From Marsupella aquatica (lineage: Eukaryota > Plantae > Marchantiophyta): a stretch of DNA of 64,000 nt. A program made the position numbers and the translations under genes. Each line of letters begins with the position of its first letter. The first letter of the stretch is position 1. The notes under the pieces are model-generated. The model was not told the origin of the DNA. It saw only the letters and a program-made list of their open reading frames with translations, and searched no databases. Where the stretch lies: positions 6,348,234 to 6,412,233 of the forward strand of contig OZ316894.1 in the NCBI GenBank assembly GCA_973895155.1, written 5' to 3'. Positions 14,901 through 25,716 of this stretch are shown here, piece after piece.

Positions 14901-16610
14901 TCTTTCTCCAGTAGTTTCAGCAGACTCTGCATGCCTGGTTGCTGCATCGGCAAGTCCTCCTTCCTGGGCCTAAACACCTGCTCGATCGTAGGGCTAATAG
15001 GTGGTTGAGGCTTCTCAGCCAACGGCCTCGGCGTTGGAGCTTCCTCGGGTGCCCTTACCTGCAGGGGAAGTACCGGGGCAAAAGTCTGACCTCTGGCATA
15101 CCGGCACAACAGCGGCATGTGATAGCCAAGCCGCGACACGCTTCCCATGCCGATTACCTGCTGCTCCTCCTTTAAGATCTTCTTCAATTGGTTGAGGAGG
15201 TACCCGTTGTAGTCCCGGCTTGGGTCTGGCCTTTCTGCCAGATAGAGCTGTGCCTTGCCGATCTCTGCCCTCGGCAAGTTACAATGCATGGTCACCCGCA
15301 AGAAGTCGATCATCTCTCCTATGTGCGGGTTGGTGCAGGTGTTCCGGAAGAAGCCATTCTTCGTTGATGGCCCGGGGAACGACCGGAACTCCTTGTCAGG
15401 CAAGGTCTTCCTGGTATCAACTTTGGTCTTATTGCCTATCGGCAAGCCAAACACTTCGGCAATTACCTTGGGAGTAAGATAGAAATCCTTCCCATATATC
15501 CTCGTGCAATTGGTCTCGGGTTCCCATGACCCCACGAATTCTAATAGGTCTGACTCCGGTACCTCCGGCTTCAGCCATGGTAATCTTACAAAGGCCTCTA
15601 AGCTGGATCCGGCCATGAAGCCTTGGTACTTCTTGGTCTGCATGGCCGTGAAGCATGCATCCTCCTCCCGTGCAAAATGTAGTTGCACCTCCACCGGTAG
15701 GGTTGCCGCCCAGCCCTTCCAGGTGTCATTCCTGGTTGGAATGGCCTTGATGGGATCGACCTCCTCCTCTTCGGCTTCTCCCTGCCTCCTGCTCTGCTGC
15801 TCGGCTGGCTTCTTTGGTGCCGCCGACCTCGTTCTTTTTGCCGGGGTGGCTTCATCGTTGATGGCTCCCTTCCTCTTCATCTCTGCTGCCGTGGAGGTTT
15901 CTCCTAGCACCGTTGCCTGGGTCCACCTTTCCGTGCTACCCTTTAATTCCCAGTGTATGTCGTTGCAGTTCTTGATGGCCTCTCGGATGCCGACGACGCT
16001 GTCTTTGCAAAACAGAAGATCGTCGAGTTGATTGGAAGTAGGCGTCCACAAGAACTCGTCCTTGATGAGTTCGCCTCCTAAGAAAGCCGTCTTCTGCAGC
16101 TCCCACAATCGAGCGAGCTCCTACCGTTCTTGAGCTGCCCTTTCTGATTCCTCGTCCTCGTAAGTCTTGATGTACTCAGTTGCCCGTTCGAACAGGCATC
16201 CCTAGAAATGTGCCGCTTGATTGACGTTGCTCATACCCTCCTTAGGTCGATCGTCGGTATCTACTCTCTCCTCGAGTGCTTGCCTAAGCAGCTGACAGTA
16301 GTTGGCCTCCCGTAGTCGTCTGCCTAGTTCGTGCTCGCAAATGAGCCACCATCTCCTGCAAGCGCTCCTTACCCCTCTCCTCTGCCGGTCCTTCTTCCCG
16401 TTGATCCTTCCTAGCCGCCGAAGCTTAACGCGCCCTAACCCTAATCGAGTTTTCACCCTCAGCGTCCTTACCTCCGGCCTCGGCCCGGGTTCCATGGTTG
16501 CCCCTAATGGTTTATATTTTCCTTGTTTTGTCCCTATACTAAGGTGTTCCTAGGGTGCCTTCCTGCTTTACCTACTTAACTGGCCGAGTGATTCCTGTCT
16601 AGGCATCACA
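11948..16610 (-). mobile_element. Solo LTR (4663 bp) of a Ty3/gypsy family, carrying a large ORF
   Basis: Termini TGTGGTGC...GCATCACA (imperfect inverted, TG..CA); 5-bp TSD CCTGA at 11943-11947 and 16611-16615; CpG-rich compared with the flanks; no gag/pol inside; its ORF is homologous to the LTR-borne ORF at 28881/38978. Confidence 0.88.
12860..16234 (-). pseudogene. LTR-encoded large protein (conserved globular domain, Pro/acidic linker, long coiled coil); 1082 codons open
   Basis: The frame extends upstream to an ATG at 16234 through two TAG stops (16202, 16121). LPW...EFVGSW...TRIYGKDFYLTPKVIAEVFGLPIG...NGF...C..P.I.E..DFLR..MH...PR aligns by eye with the 880-aa LTR ORF. Confidence 0.75.
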
Positions 16611-17154
16611 CCTGACAATACAAGGACAACAAAATTCCTGCTTTTTGAGTTGATCTGGCCCACTGGTGCTCAGGTCCGATTTTGATAGGTACAAGGGATA
16701 TGTGAACAATACGTACTAGGCACCTGCACGGATGAAGGACATTGTTTGAATATATACTACAAAATCCATATCGAAGGTGAAATGAAGTGCAACCAACTTG
16801 TCATGGCACATACATATTTTTTTGTAAAGGAGGATACGTTCAATGACAAACTTATAGGGCAATTTGATTAATTGCATGCCTGATAATTTATACGCTTACA
16901 ACTTAGAAGTCCTGTTTTAATTTAGCAGTCTAATGAAAGTGTTTATGAAAATGACCACTCAGCCTAAATACTTCCAAGAAGGCTTGTAAGGATAAGTTTT
17001 TATAGGCATGTACCCAGCCACTGACGCCAGAGCACAAGATAAGTGCTGCCTATATAAACTCGCCTACCCAACTCCTTTTCAAAATTGGAATCTCTGCAAT
17101 CTCAAAAAATAGTACATCCACATCAGGTGCACTGTGCATGTACAATGTTCAGCT

Positions 17155-17835
17155 TCATAGCCAAGATATGTGATCTCTCACAGGAGTGCGCGAGGTAGGA
17201 TCAATGGCATGGCGATGACAATAAAATATCCATCGATCAACACCATGTGCAGAGTGATCATAGATTTCTCTATCACAAGCATAACCCTCTGCTTGACGAT
17301 CTTTCAAGAAATGATAGTGCCACATGGTGGGACACCTAGCACAGTGGACTATGTCAGTCCAGTACTCATGATCATGCTCACCACATGCCTTGCACCTATG
17401 AAGTGGGCAAGTTGTGGCATGAGCAGGCAAACACTCAAAACAGAAAAATCTCACACAAAAACGGTCTGGACATTTCCTAACATTTGCTACAGCATCAACA
17501 AAGCCCTCATAGGACCCCAACTTCCCACACTGTGCACACTTAGCCTGCTTCTCCAAACAATCAGTGCACATCCAGTCTCCCTGGTGTGTTGACGGGAGGC
17601 CCACCCCTGGACAGTTGTTTTCTGCAGCAAGGTCAGACTCCGGGTTGAGGTGGAAATGCCTCATGCAAGGGCCCTCACAAATGACCAGGCCCCCACCATT
17701 GTCACAAATGGCACAACAATGAGCTGCCTTCTGGAAAATCTGACTTGCAGAGAAGTTAGTAGCATCTGCCCCAAGTACACCTGTGTTTCTCACCTCTGTC
17801 ACACGCTTTTTGGCTTGAATTTTAGGTCGTGCCAT
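17155..17835 (-). CDS. Stand-alone EDM2-type composite PHD-finger protein, CACTA-1 cargo
   Basis: CAICDNGG.L..CEGPCMRHFH, WMCTDC....KCAQCGKLGS, TCPLHRCKAC, HCARCPTMWH and IFYCHRHAIDP..RTPVRDHI match the EDM2 PHD region; intronless 226-aa ORF. Confidence 0.82.
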   Translation of the reverse strand: MARPKIQAKKRVTEVRNTGVLGADATNFSASQIFQKAAHCCAICDNGGGLVICEGPCMRHFHLNPESDLAAENNCPGVGLPSTHQGDWMCTDCLEKQAKCAQCGKLGSYEGFVDAVANVRKCPDRFCVRFFCFECLPAHATTCPLHRCKACGEHDHEYWTDIVHCARCPTMWHYHFLKDRQAEGYACDREIYDHSAHGVDRWIFYCHRHAIDPTSRTPVRDHISWL

Positions 17836-17848
17836 GCCTGCGCATGAG

Positions 17849-17990
17849 ATAGACTCTACTGTTTAGCAGATTGCACAGAAAGTAATATATATTTAGCATT
17901 TAAGGTACAAAGGCATTTAGATAGACTCTACAATTTAACAGACTGCACAGAAAGTAAAATATATTTAGCATTTAAGGTACAAAGGCATTT
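17849..17990. repeat. ~70-bp tandem duplication immediately upstream of the PHD ORF
   Basis: tagactctac...tgcacagaaagtaa.atatatttagcatttaaggtacaaaggcattt occurs twice. Confidence 0.8.
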
Positions 17991-20061
17991 GCTACTGCAA
18001 TGAATTGGAATGGCCACACAAGGATGCAGAGCAGACATACTTTTGGTATGTTGAGCCCACACACAAACCTGATCCCCTAATACAATTGCTCCACCAAAAC
18101 CTCAATTTTAATTGTGGCTATGATTCACCAAAGGAGATCTACAACAACATTTCATGCATTTGAATCACATACAATAGTCGTGACATGTAAAACAGGCATT
18201 CTTCGAAGAGGATTGGTATGAAGCAGTGTCATAAGGGTTGAAATTTATACATCCTAAATAGGCTATGATAGTGGCTGAGACAAATAAGTGATGCATAAAT
18301 CACATTTTACAGGTTATCACATGGCCCATTAATTCATTGAACGTTGCAATGTTCACCAGGTTAAAGCAGTCATGAAAGCAGTCTTTCAATAGACTTTTAT
18401 GCGAGTTTGCTAGCCTCTTAAATTAGGATATTTTGCTTAGTGCAGGCATAATAGGATAAGTTATATACTGTTGACCCTAAACCCTGGACCCAAAATTGCT
18501 CATACATCAAAAGTTTAAGTAAATATCCTCTATGTTGAAGTGAGAGTGTTAAGCTATAGGTCAATGGTATCTGGTCTGTGCATGCGGTGTGACAAGTGGT
18601 CCTCTAGAGCATATGATCCAAACATGTGTAGACACCAAAGTCACCGGTGGTGGGGTCTGGGAGGGCAGGACAAGTGACATCACCAGGCACACTGCAGGAT
18701 GGCGAGTGGTTCTAGATGATACATTGTGCTCTGTGCAAAAATCGGCATCCAAGAGAACGGTCATCCAATTCTGGGCCAGAAGCCCTACAGGCAGGACAGT
18801 CATATTGGCAACTGTGTACAAACCCTTGGCACCTAATTTGTGGCGGGTCATGTACAAGAGACACAAATACCAAGGATGTCGGGAAAGGTACTGAAGCAGG
18901 TAGAGGCTGGCTGTAGTTGTTCCTGGAAACAACAGGGTACTCAAAGTACCATGCAGACTGGGCTGGAAGGATCCCAAGTCTGACATACTCAAGGCGCAAC
19001 ATCTCTGCCTTGCGTGCAAGTCGCACATGTTCAGCGTTGCGGGTCCTCACCATAAGTGTTGCTTTCGTTGTGATGTCCTCTGTTCACGTCCTTTGATGAG
19101 CAAGGTGAGCAGGAGGTCGACTTGCCTCGCCAACAGTAACCACCTAAACTAATCAGTTCCCACTCATTGTCTTGGTTCCAACTACAGGTCATAGTATACA
19201 CATAGCATGAAACGTGCATAGTACATATTTGATTCTGAGTTTATGAGTTTCCTAAGACAAAGAGCTTGGTGATAAACCCATATTCTTGACGGACATGTAT
19301 ATCAATCGTATTAAATCCTGTTTTTTCATCCAGAAAGACCGAAAGTCTCACCTTGCAGGTTGCAGCAGAGAGAAAATTCACTGGTTGTCGTGTTGTGCAA
19401 GTGAACCTCCACTGATGCCCCCGATGTAGCCCCTCAGATGCAGGTGACACTTACCAACTCCCAAGTTGCCTGGTCTAACAGAAAATGCTTATATCTTCAG
19501 AACTTTATAGAGCAAGTACATGATCACATACTTCTGGATCTATTCATATTTGGAACTCTTGCCAACTACAACTCCCATTATGCACAAGCTCACATCAACA
19601 GAGAAAGATATAGAATGCATACTTACTATGGCTCTAAGCACCTTCACTACCTTGTTGAACCCAGTCCTGAAGTCTTTTCAGCGTGTTTGTTGTGCTATCT
19701 CCTTTGGCACCCAACACCTTAGTCCTTGATGTAACAGAATGCGATTTTACAAGTTAGATGCTTTGGAACCTTCTATGGTCTTAGCTGAATTGATGTCATC
19801 GTAAGTGGTGAAAGACAAGGAAGACGAAAGCTGGTTGAAGAGCTGTGGACAACACACTAGCATGAAGTGCTTCAACCAATCCACTGCCAAACGGAACTCT
19901 TACACAGTCACATTCTTTCAGTAAACAGAAACTCAGTCAAACTTCATAATCAAAGTACAGACTCTGAAGGACCAAAGGAGGATGTTGTGAGTTTCTCTGT
20001 TGTTTAATGTGTTACCCTTCTAGTTTTGAAGTTAGCAAATGCTAAATAATGTGTCTATCAG

Positions 20062-20403
20062 ATCTTCGAAAAGAAGCCCACCACAATTAAGAACTTCGGT
20101 ATCTGGGTGAGGTATCAGAGTCGTACAGGTTATCCCAACATATACAAGAAATATTGTGATACCACATTGAACATCGCTGTAGAGCAGATGTATGATGAGA
20201 TGGCTTCTTGTCATAGAGTTTGGTTCCCTTGCATCCAGATCATCAAGACTACGACAGTCCCTGTCTCTTTGTGCAAGCGAGAAAGTACCAAGCAGTTCCA
20301 TGATTCAAAGATCAAGTTCCCCTTGATGTACCGCAAGATTCAACCTCCATCGCGAAAGCTAAAGACGACTTACAAGGCCACCAAGCCCAACACATTTGTT
20401 TGA
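20062..20403 (+). pseudogene. RPL18A: Captured last exon of 60S ribosomal protein L18a (eL20)
   Basis: After an acceptor (ctatcag): [98 protein letters not shown]. Several conserved residues are substituted and no upstream exons were seen. Confidence 0.9.
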
Positions 20404-22104
20404 GTAGTGCGGGTGCAGGTTCCCAATTTTGAAACAATTTGGCTCATTTTATGTCCCGAGGGACTCCAGGAGTTTATGTATTGAGTTTCTAGGTTAGGAT
20501 GCTTAATATAAGGAAATTCAATTTTCACTTCGTTCCCAGCTTCTACTAATTGAATATACACGAGATGGAAGCAAGAAGATAAGCCACAATCTAGCATCTT
20601 AGCCAAACACATTCGTCCCGACAAAGCAAAACTACAATCACACAGTGCGAGTTGTGTCTGCACCGGCACCCCCAGTGAGACTGATCAGCATTTGGACTGC
20701 ATCATTGTCTAGAGCTAGCAGTGGAAGGAATCAACATAGCTAGCAGTGGAAGGTGCAATGGAGATAGCATGGGGACAGGGAAGGAAATGCAGGTTCCTTA
20801 AGCATAAATTTCCAAAAATGGAACAACAGGAAATGAAGAATAGGCACTGAAGCGGTCAACTAGACAAACGTTGTAACAAGGCAGCAAGCATTGGATTAAG
20901 AAGAAGCAAGGTTTCATCAGCAGAAGCAAGGTTTCATCAACAATGGCATTGTGAGACAAACCACTCCTTACAAATTTCTACAGACATCCTCCCCACTTGC
21001 AGCTTCTCGGCCAGGCTGGATTTCTTGTAAGACAGGTTTCTTGTAAGAAAGATTTCTTGTTTGGTGAGGAAAGATCAAAAAGCAACTGATCAATACCTTC
21101 TTGTCATCTAGAAGAGCTGGATGCAGCCCTGTCTCACATTTAATGTTAAACTGAATGAAAGACATTATGCGCATGCACAAAAGAAAGACATGAATATAAT
21201 TAAGGTACGTTTTAAGGAGCGGAGTCAGCAGTCAGACTTAGAAAGTTCAAATTGAAGCGCCATTAGTTTGGCGTGGTCAAGAGTAAATAAATGTTGGTCA
21301 GGGATACTCACCCCTTTTGAATGTATTACTGACTCAGCTAAGCCCAGCTAGACAGAAGTCACTCAGACCCACAAAAAAGTGAAGATCCACCTCCAAGCCG
21401 GAGCTCTATCACTTCAGTAGAGCAGCTTCTGGACGGAACCAACTCTAATCAGCCCCACAGAACACAAATGTTAAGGCTCCAAGTCAGAGCTCACTTCAGC
21501 CGAGGTGGACATCGAAGCTAGACCATTCAGTATAGGCAGTATGGAGCCTGAGACTACACTCATTGTTCAGAATTGAGGTGATGAAAGTGAGTTGGCATCA
21601 GTGGATACAATGAGAGGGGAACAAATTCTGACCAAATCGCACCTCTATAATCAGAGAGGTTCTATTTCCAGGGAACTCATTCATTGACCAGAGTAATATG
21701 GCCCACATTTAATTAGACTATGATAGACTCTTCCTCTACAGACTCAAACTCGAGGAACCCCCACGGATGCCAGCATATACACGAGCTAGAAGCAAGAAGA
21801 CAAGTCACAATCTAGCATCTTGGCCAAACACATTCTTCCTGGCGATAGTAACTGCAAGCAAGGGGGAGACAGGGAGAACAAGGAGAATAGGGAGGCAACT
21901 CACAATGGAGCTAGGTAGCTCATGATCAAGCAGCTTGCAATTGCAGCAACAGTAGTCTTAGCAGCAAGCGATTGAGCTCTAGGAAATGACAAACCCGCAG
22001 CTGAGTCCTCAACTGACAAAATGTTCGCCACTCGACCCTCCTTCCAACTGCAACCGCCAGATAGTAGGAATAAGATAGAGAGGTGCAGCCTTCTCAGTGA
22101 TCCA

Positions 22105-22400
22105 ATAGCACCTCTCTTACCACCTCCGCTCTTAGCACATCCGCTCGCACCTCCACTCGCACCTCCGCTCTCAGCACCTCCTTTGGCACCTGAGCCGCTC
22201 TCAGCACCTCCGCTCGCACCACCTCCGCTCGCACCTGAGCCGCTCGCAGCACCTCTGCTCGCACCGCCGCCCAAACTGAAGCTACGTAGCAATCCTCAGC
22301 AGTGTGTGACAGAAGCACTCCACTCCAGCTCCACTCCGCTCGAGCTCCACTCCAGCTGCTCTCCGCTCGTAGCTCCTCGGCCAGACCGGCGGCCAGAGCA
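22105..22400. repeat. GC-rich minisatellite (ccgctcgcacct / ccactccagct-like units)
   Basis: 12-15-bp units repeated more than 10 times. Confidence 0.75.
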
Positions 22401-25400
22401 GCTCCCAAATTGTAGCTCCTGCCCGCCAACAGCTCCTCCCAATCCTAGAGCTTGTCGTCCACTGCAGCTCACCTCTCCACTCCGCAAGCCGGTCGCCCTC
22501 TCAGCTTGAATGCTCTAGAGCTTTGAAGGTAAACCTTCAAGCTCCAAGCGCAAAACTCCCCTACGCGAAGGAACTGCCCCGATCGCGAAACACACTCCCC
22601 ACTTCGTGAGACCGCGCACAATGTGACGACCTTCAGGCACGACGAATGTCCCCGTAATGGACAAGTGAGTTTTTCTGAAACAAAAACCTCCGAGTTCCCA
22701 CGCACATTGAACTGAACTTTGCACTCTGCTGGCGTGTTTAAACCCTAAACAAAACCCGCGCACCCTAAACTCGTGTCCAAAGGCACACTCACGCACAAAG
22801 CATACCTTAACACTTAGTGACACTTAGTGAACCAAACCCAATGAGCCTCGACCACTTTGCGTTGACATGAGCCGTTGATACACATGTTAGTACCCTAAAG
22901 CAAATTGGACACGACACTTTGTGAGCAAAGATTAAATGAACGCAACTGTAACCTCTTAGAACGCAACTGTAAATTAACCCTTACACATGCCACTTAGGGA
23001 GGGTGGACAAAGAATGGGGGCCAGACACTACTTTAGCCCTGAATTGAAAATGATATCACCCCAATATTCTTGTCAAAGTTGCCCATGAACTCTAAGGAAT
23101 CCATTGAGCAACACAAGACTTACTATTATAGAGGCAAGTACTCCCATGCACGTTTAATTAGGCTAGGATAACTACAATGCTCTTGACATGAAGACATTTA
23201 ACTAGTTCTGCAACCCTAAACCCCCATTCCTTCTATGTGCACCTAGTGCTCCCGACTCCGCAAGTTGCAAGTCAAGGGTTGTAAATGGAACATTCCGTGA
23301 TGTCTAGAGTGCATGTAATCCTTCTTGCACTCTATTTCAGAATGCCGTAATGGAGAGTAGCTTATTCAACTTACATATGACTGCCCTACTAGTGTTACAA
23401 TTGCTACTTTATCAGAAGTTGTTGGAATGACTTTCACAAATATCCCCCAAAAATCAGTTGATAAAATGTAACAACAATGACTCCCCTAAACTTGGAGTCA
23501 TGTATTTTTGAAAGTCTCCCTAAAGTCACAAAGCATAGGGTCTCAAAAGGGGACGTTTTCTTCTAGTGAGAGTCTTTTCCTAATGATCAAAATAACAGAG
23601 GCTTGAGTGATACTATAATACATCTATATTACCTTAGAATACAGCAGGAAGAATGATGCGACTGTGCGCGTGGTCAATCAACCAGAATGGGGAACGTGCC
23701 CGTCATCCCCAAACAAGGCGACCAGGGGCGGTAAATGTACAAATATTGGCTTCAATTCTTGAGAGAATCTGACCTGAGGTCAGTTATGTCACGCGACTTT
23801 GCGCGTGGAGTTCTACTTAATGACTAAGTAAAGTAACTAATAAATAGAGATTAATTGGATCTCAGAAATGGAGCGTGATTAGATTTAAGAGTGGAGAGTA
23901 TATCCTCTCCTCTAAAACAATCACGCGACTGAGCGCATGATGAAACGAAGACTTTAGATATAAAAGTAAATTATGGCTAATTTGCTAGAGTTGATTGTAT
24001 GTTAAAATACCCATATGTACGACCATGTAAAATTGGATGACACACTAGTTTGGACTGCGAAGATTTCATTTTGATCGACGACTACCGTAGTATTTCATAG
24101 AAGGAATTCATGGTGATAGATTTATTCCGGATTGGACTTGATTGAGGAGTGATTGAATTCGACCAGAACTTCATGGAGTCAATTCATGAATTGAATGCAT
24201 GATTGAAGGCAATTAATCTCATCATTGATTGCAGAATTGCATACTTACAAGATGTTCAGTTGATTGTCTCCGTCAGCAATTATGGCGACAACCCTCCTCC
24301 CAGCCAAGCCTTCTGCTTCTCGCAAACCTTTCGTCGGACTCCAATTGCCTTGAGTATCTTGATTGTATCCAGACCGAATGCCTCAACCAGAAAATGAAAG
24401 CTTCTTGATCGTATCGAGATCAAAATCCTCAAACAGAAAGTGCCTTCTAACTAGCCGCTCTTTGTTGGTCCACTAGAATGCTCCGAATAAGCGAGGATGA
24501 CTATAGAGATCCTATAACTTTGTCGTCTCGCTTCCGCCAGAACTCCTATGCTAGGATCGGTTGAGCCCTTCCCTAGAATGTCATACAATGAACTGCGTCT
24601 GAGTTGCTTGCATGAGCCCCGCCCCGCCTGGAATGGTCGAATGATCCAATGAGCTCCGCCTCAAATTTTCCTTGGATCAACATCCGCTGAGAGTTTCGCT
24701 AGTCAGGAGAAACTGAAAATGAAGAATGATCCGTGAACGATGAGAGTAGTCTGACTCCATGAAGGATGTGTTCATCTGGATCAGTTTTGATTTTGAAAAT
24801 TGATTCAATCTCCAGTCGTGAGATCATTGTACATTGTTCAGGAATTAGGATTTGGCACGATACTTTCTTGAGTTTTGAATTGAGTTGCTATTCAACGTGC
24901 GAGTGGACATACAGATCCGGTATTGTCCACTTCCAAAATGGATTGATTTTGAATATCGGTTCACTCCGATTGTGAGAATCTTTTTATGTTATCCAGGAGT
25001 TCGGATTTCAATTGGCTCGATACTCAAATTTGAATTGGCACGATGTAGAGAGTGGAGATACAGATCCGGATCCGGGGGTCTCCACTACCAAAATCTATCG
25101 CAACTGCATAATTACCAGTTTAAATTTCAAATTGGCGATCCAACTAAAATCTCGTTGAGTACGGCCAATCAAGAAGATTCCGGTAATCTTCTTTTCACGA
25201 TTGCCTACTTCGTACTGATTGAGTCTTAGGAAGGTGTACGGAGATCATCCGGAAGCTTTCGATCCATAGGATGCGTAGGCTTATTAGGGTTATGTTAAAA
25301 TGGTTACCCTAATTTGCATTACTTAGTGACGGCGCACTCGGTCTCGAGTTCATTGTTGTTCACTTCTTGTCAGTTCTCTCGTTCATTGTTGTTGTCTCCC

Positions 25401-25655
25401 GCGCCAGCTCCATAGGACCTTCAGGCGCCTACTCTCGTCCGCCCCATTTCATTTGTTGCAGCTCGTTCATTGTGGTCAGGAGCTCTCGTTCGTTGTGGTC
25501 CGGAGGTGGTTGGCGCGCTTCAGCTCGATCTCACATCTTGTATTCACTTCTTGTTTGCTTGATTGAAGGGCTTCTGGTTTGTTCGAAGGGCTTCTTGGGT
25601 TCGTCACAACTTGTTTGTTTGGAGCTCTAAAGTTGTGAGAGTTGCAACTTGTGTT

Positions 25656-25716
25656 CAGCTCGTATCAGCTCTTATCAGCTCGTATCAGCTCGTATCAGCT
25701 CATATCAGCTCGTACC
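25656..25716. repeat. 10-bp tandem repeat (cagctcgtat), about 6 copies
   Basis: Directly visible. Confidence 0.85.

Larger units (their letters stand above)
2192..23568 (-). mobile_element. CACTA (En/Spm) DNA transposon, CACTA-1, 21.4 kb including a nested solo LTR
   Basis: Perfect 11-bp TIRs CACTAGAAGAA (2192) and TTCTTCTAGTG (ends 23568); 3-bp TSD AGA at 2189-2191 and 23569-23571; GTGACT/AGTCA-rich subterminal repeats; internal TnpD and TnpA-like coding regions. Confidence 0.93.

Noticed and set aside
13128-16031. Numerous plus-strand ORFs opposite the large minus-strand genes (also 28884-31382 and 32147-41479)
   Set aside because: They are antisense shadows of GC-rich coding sequence with no recognisable motifs.
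21900-22509. Pro-rich and Gly-rich ORFs on both strands
   Set aside because: They are by-products of a GC-rich minisatellite.
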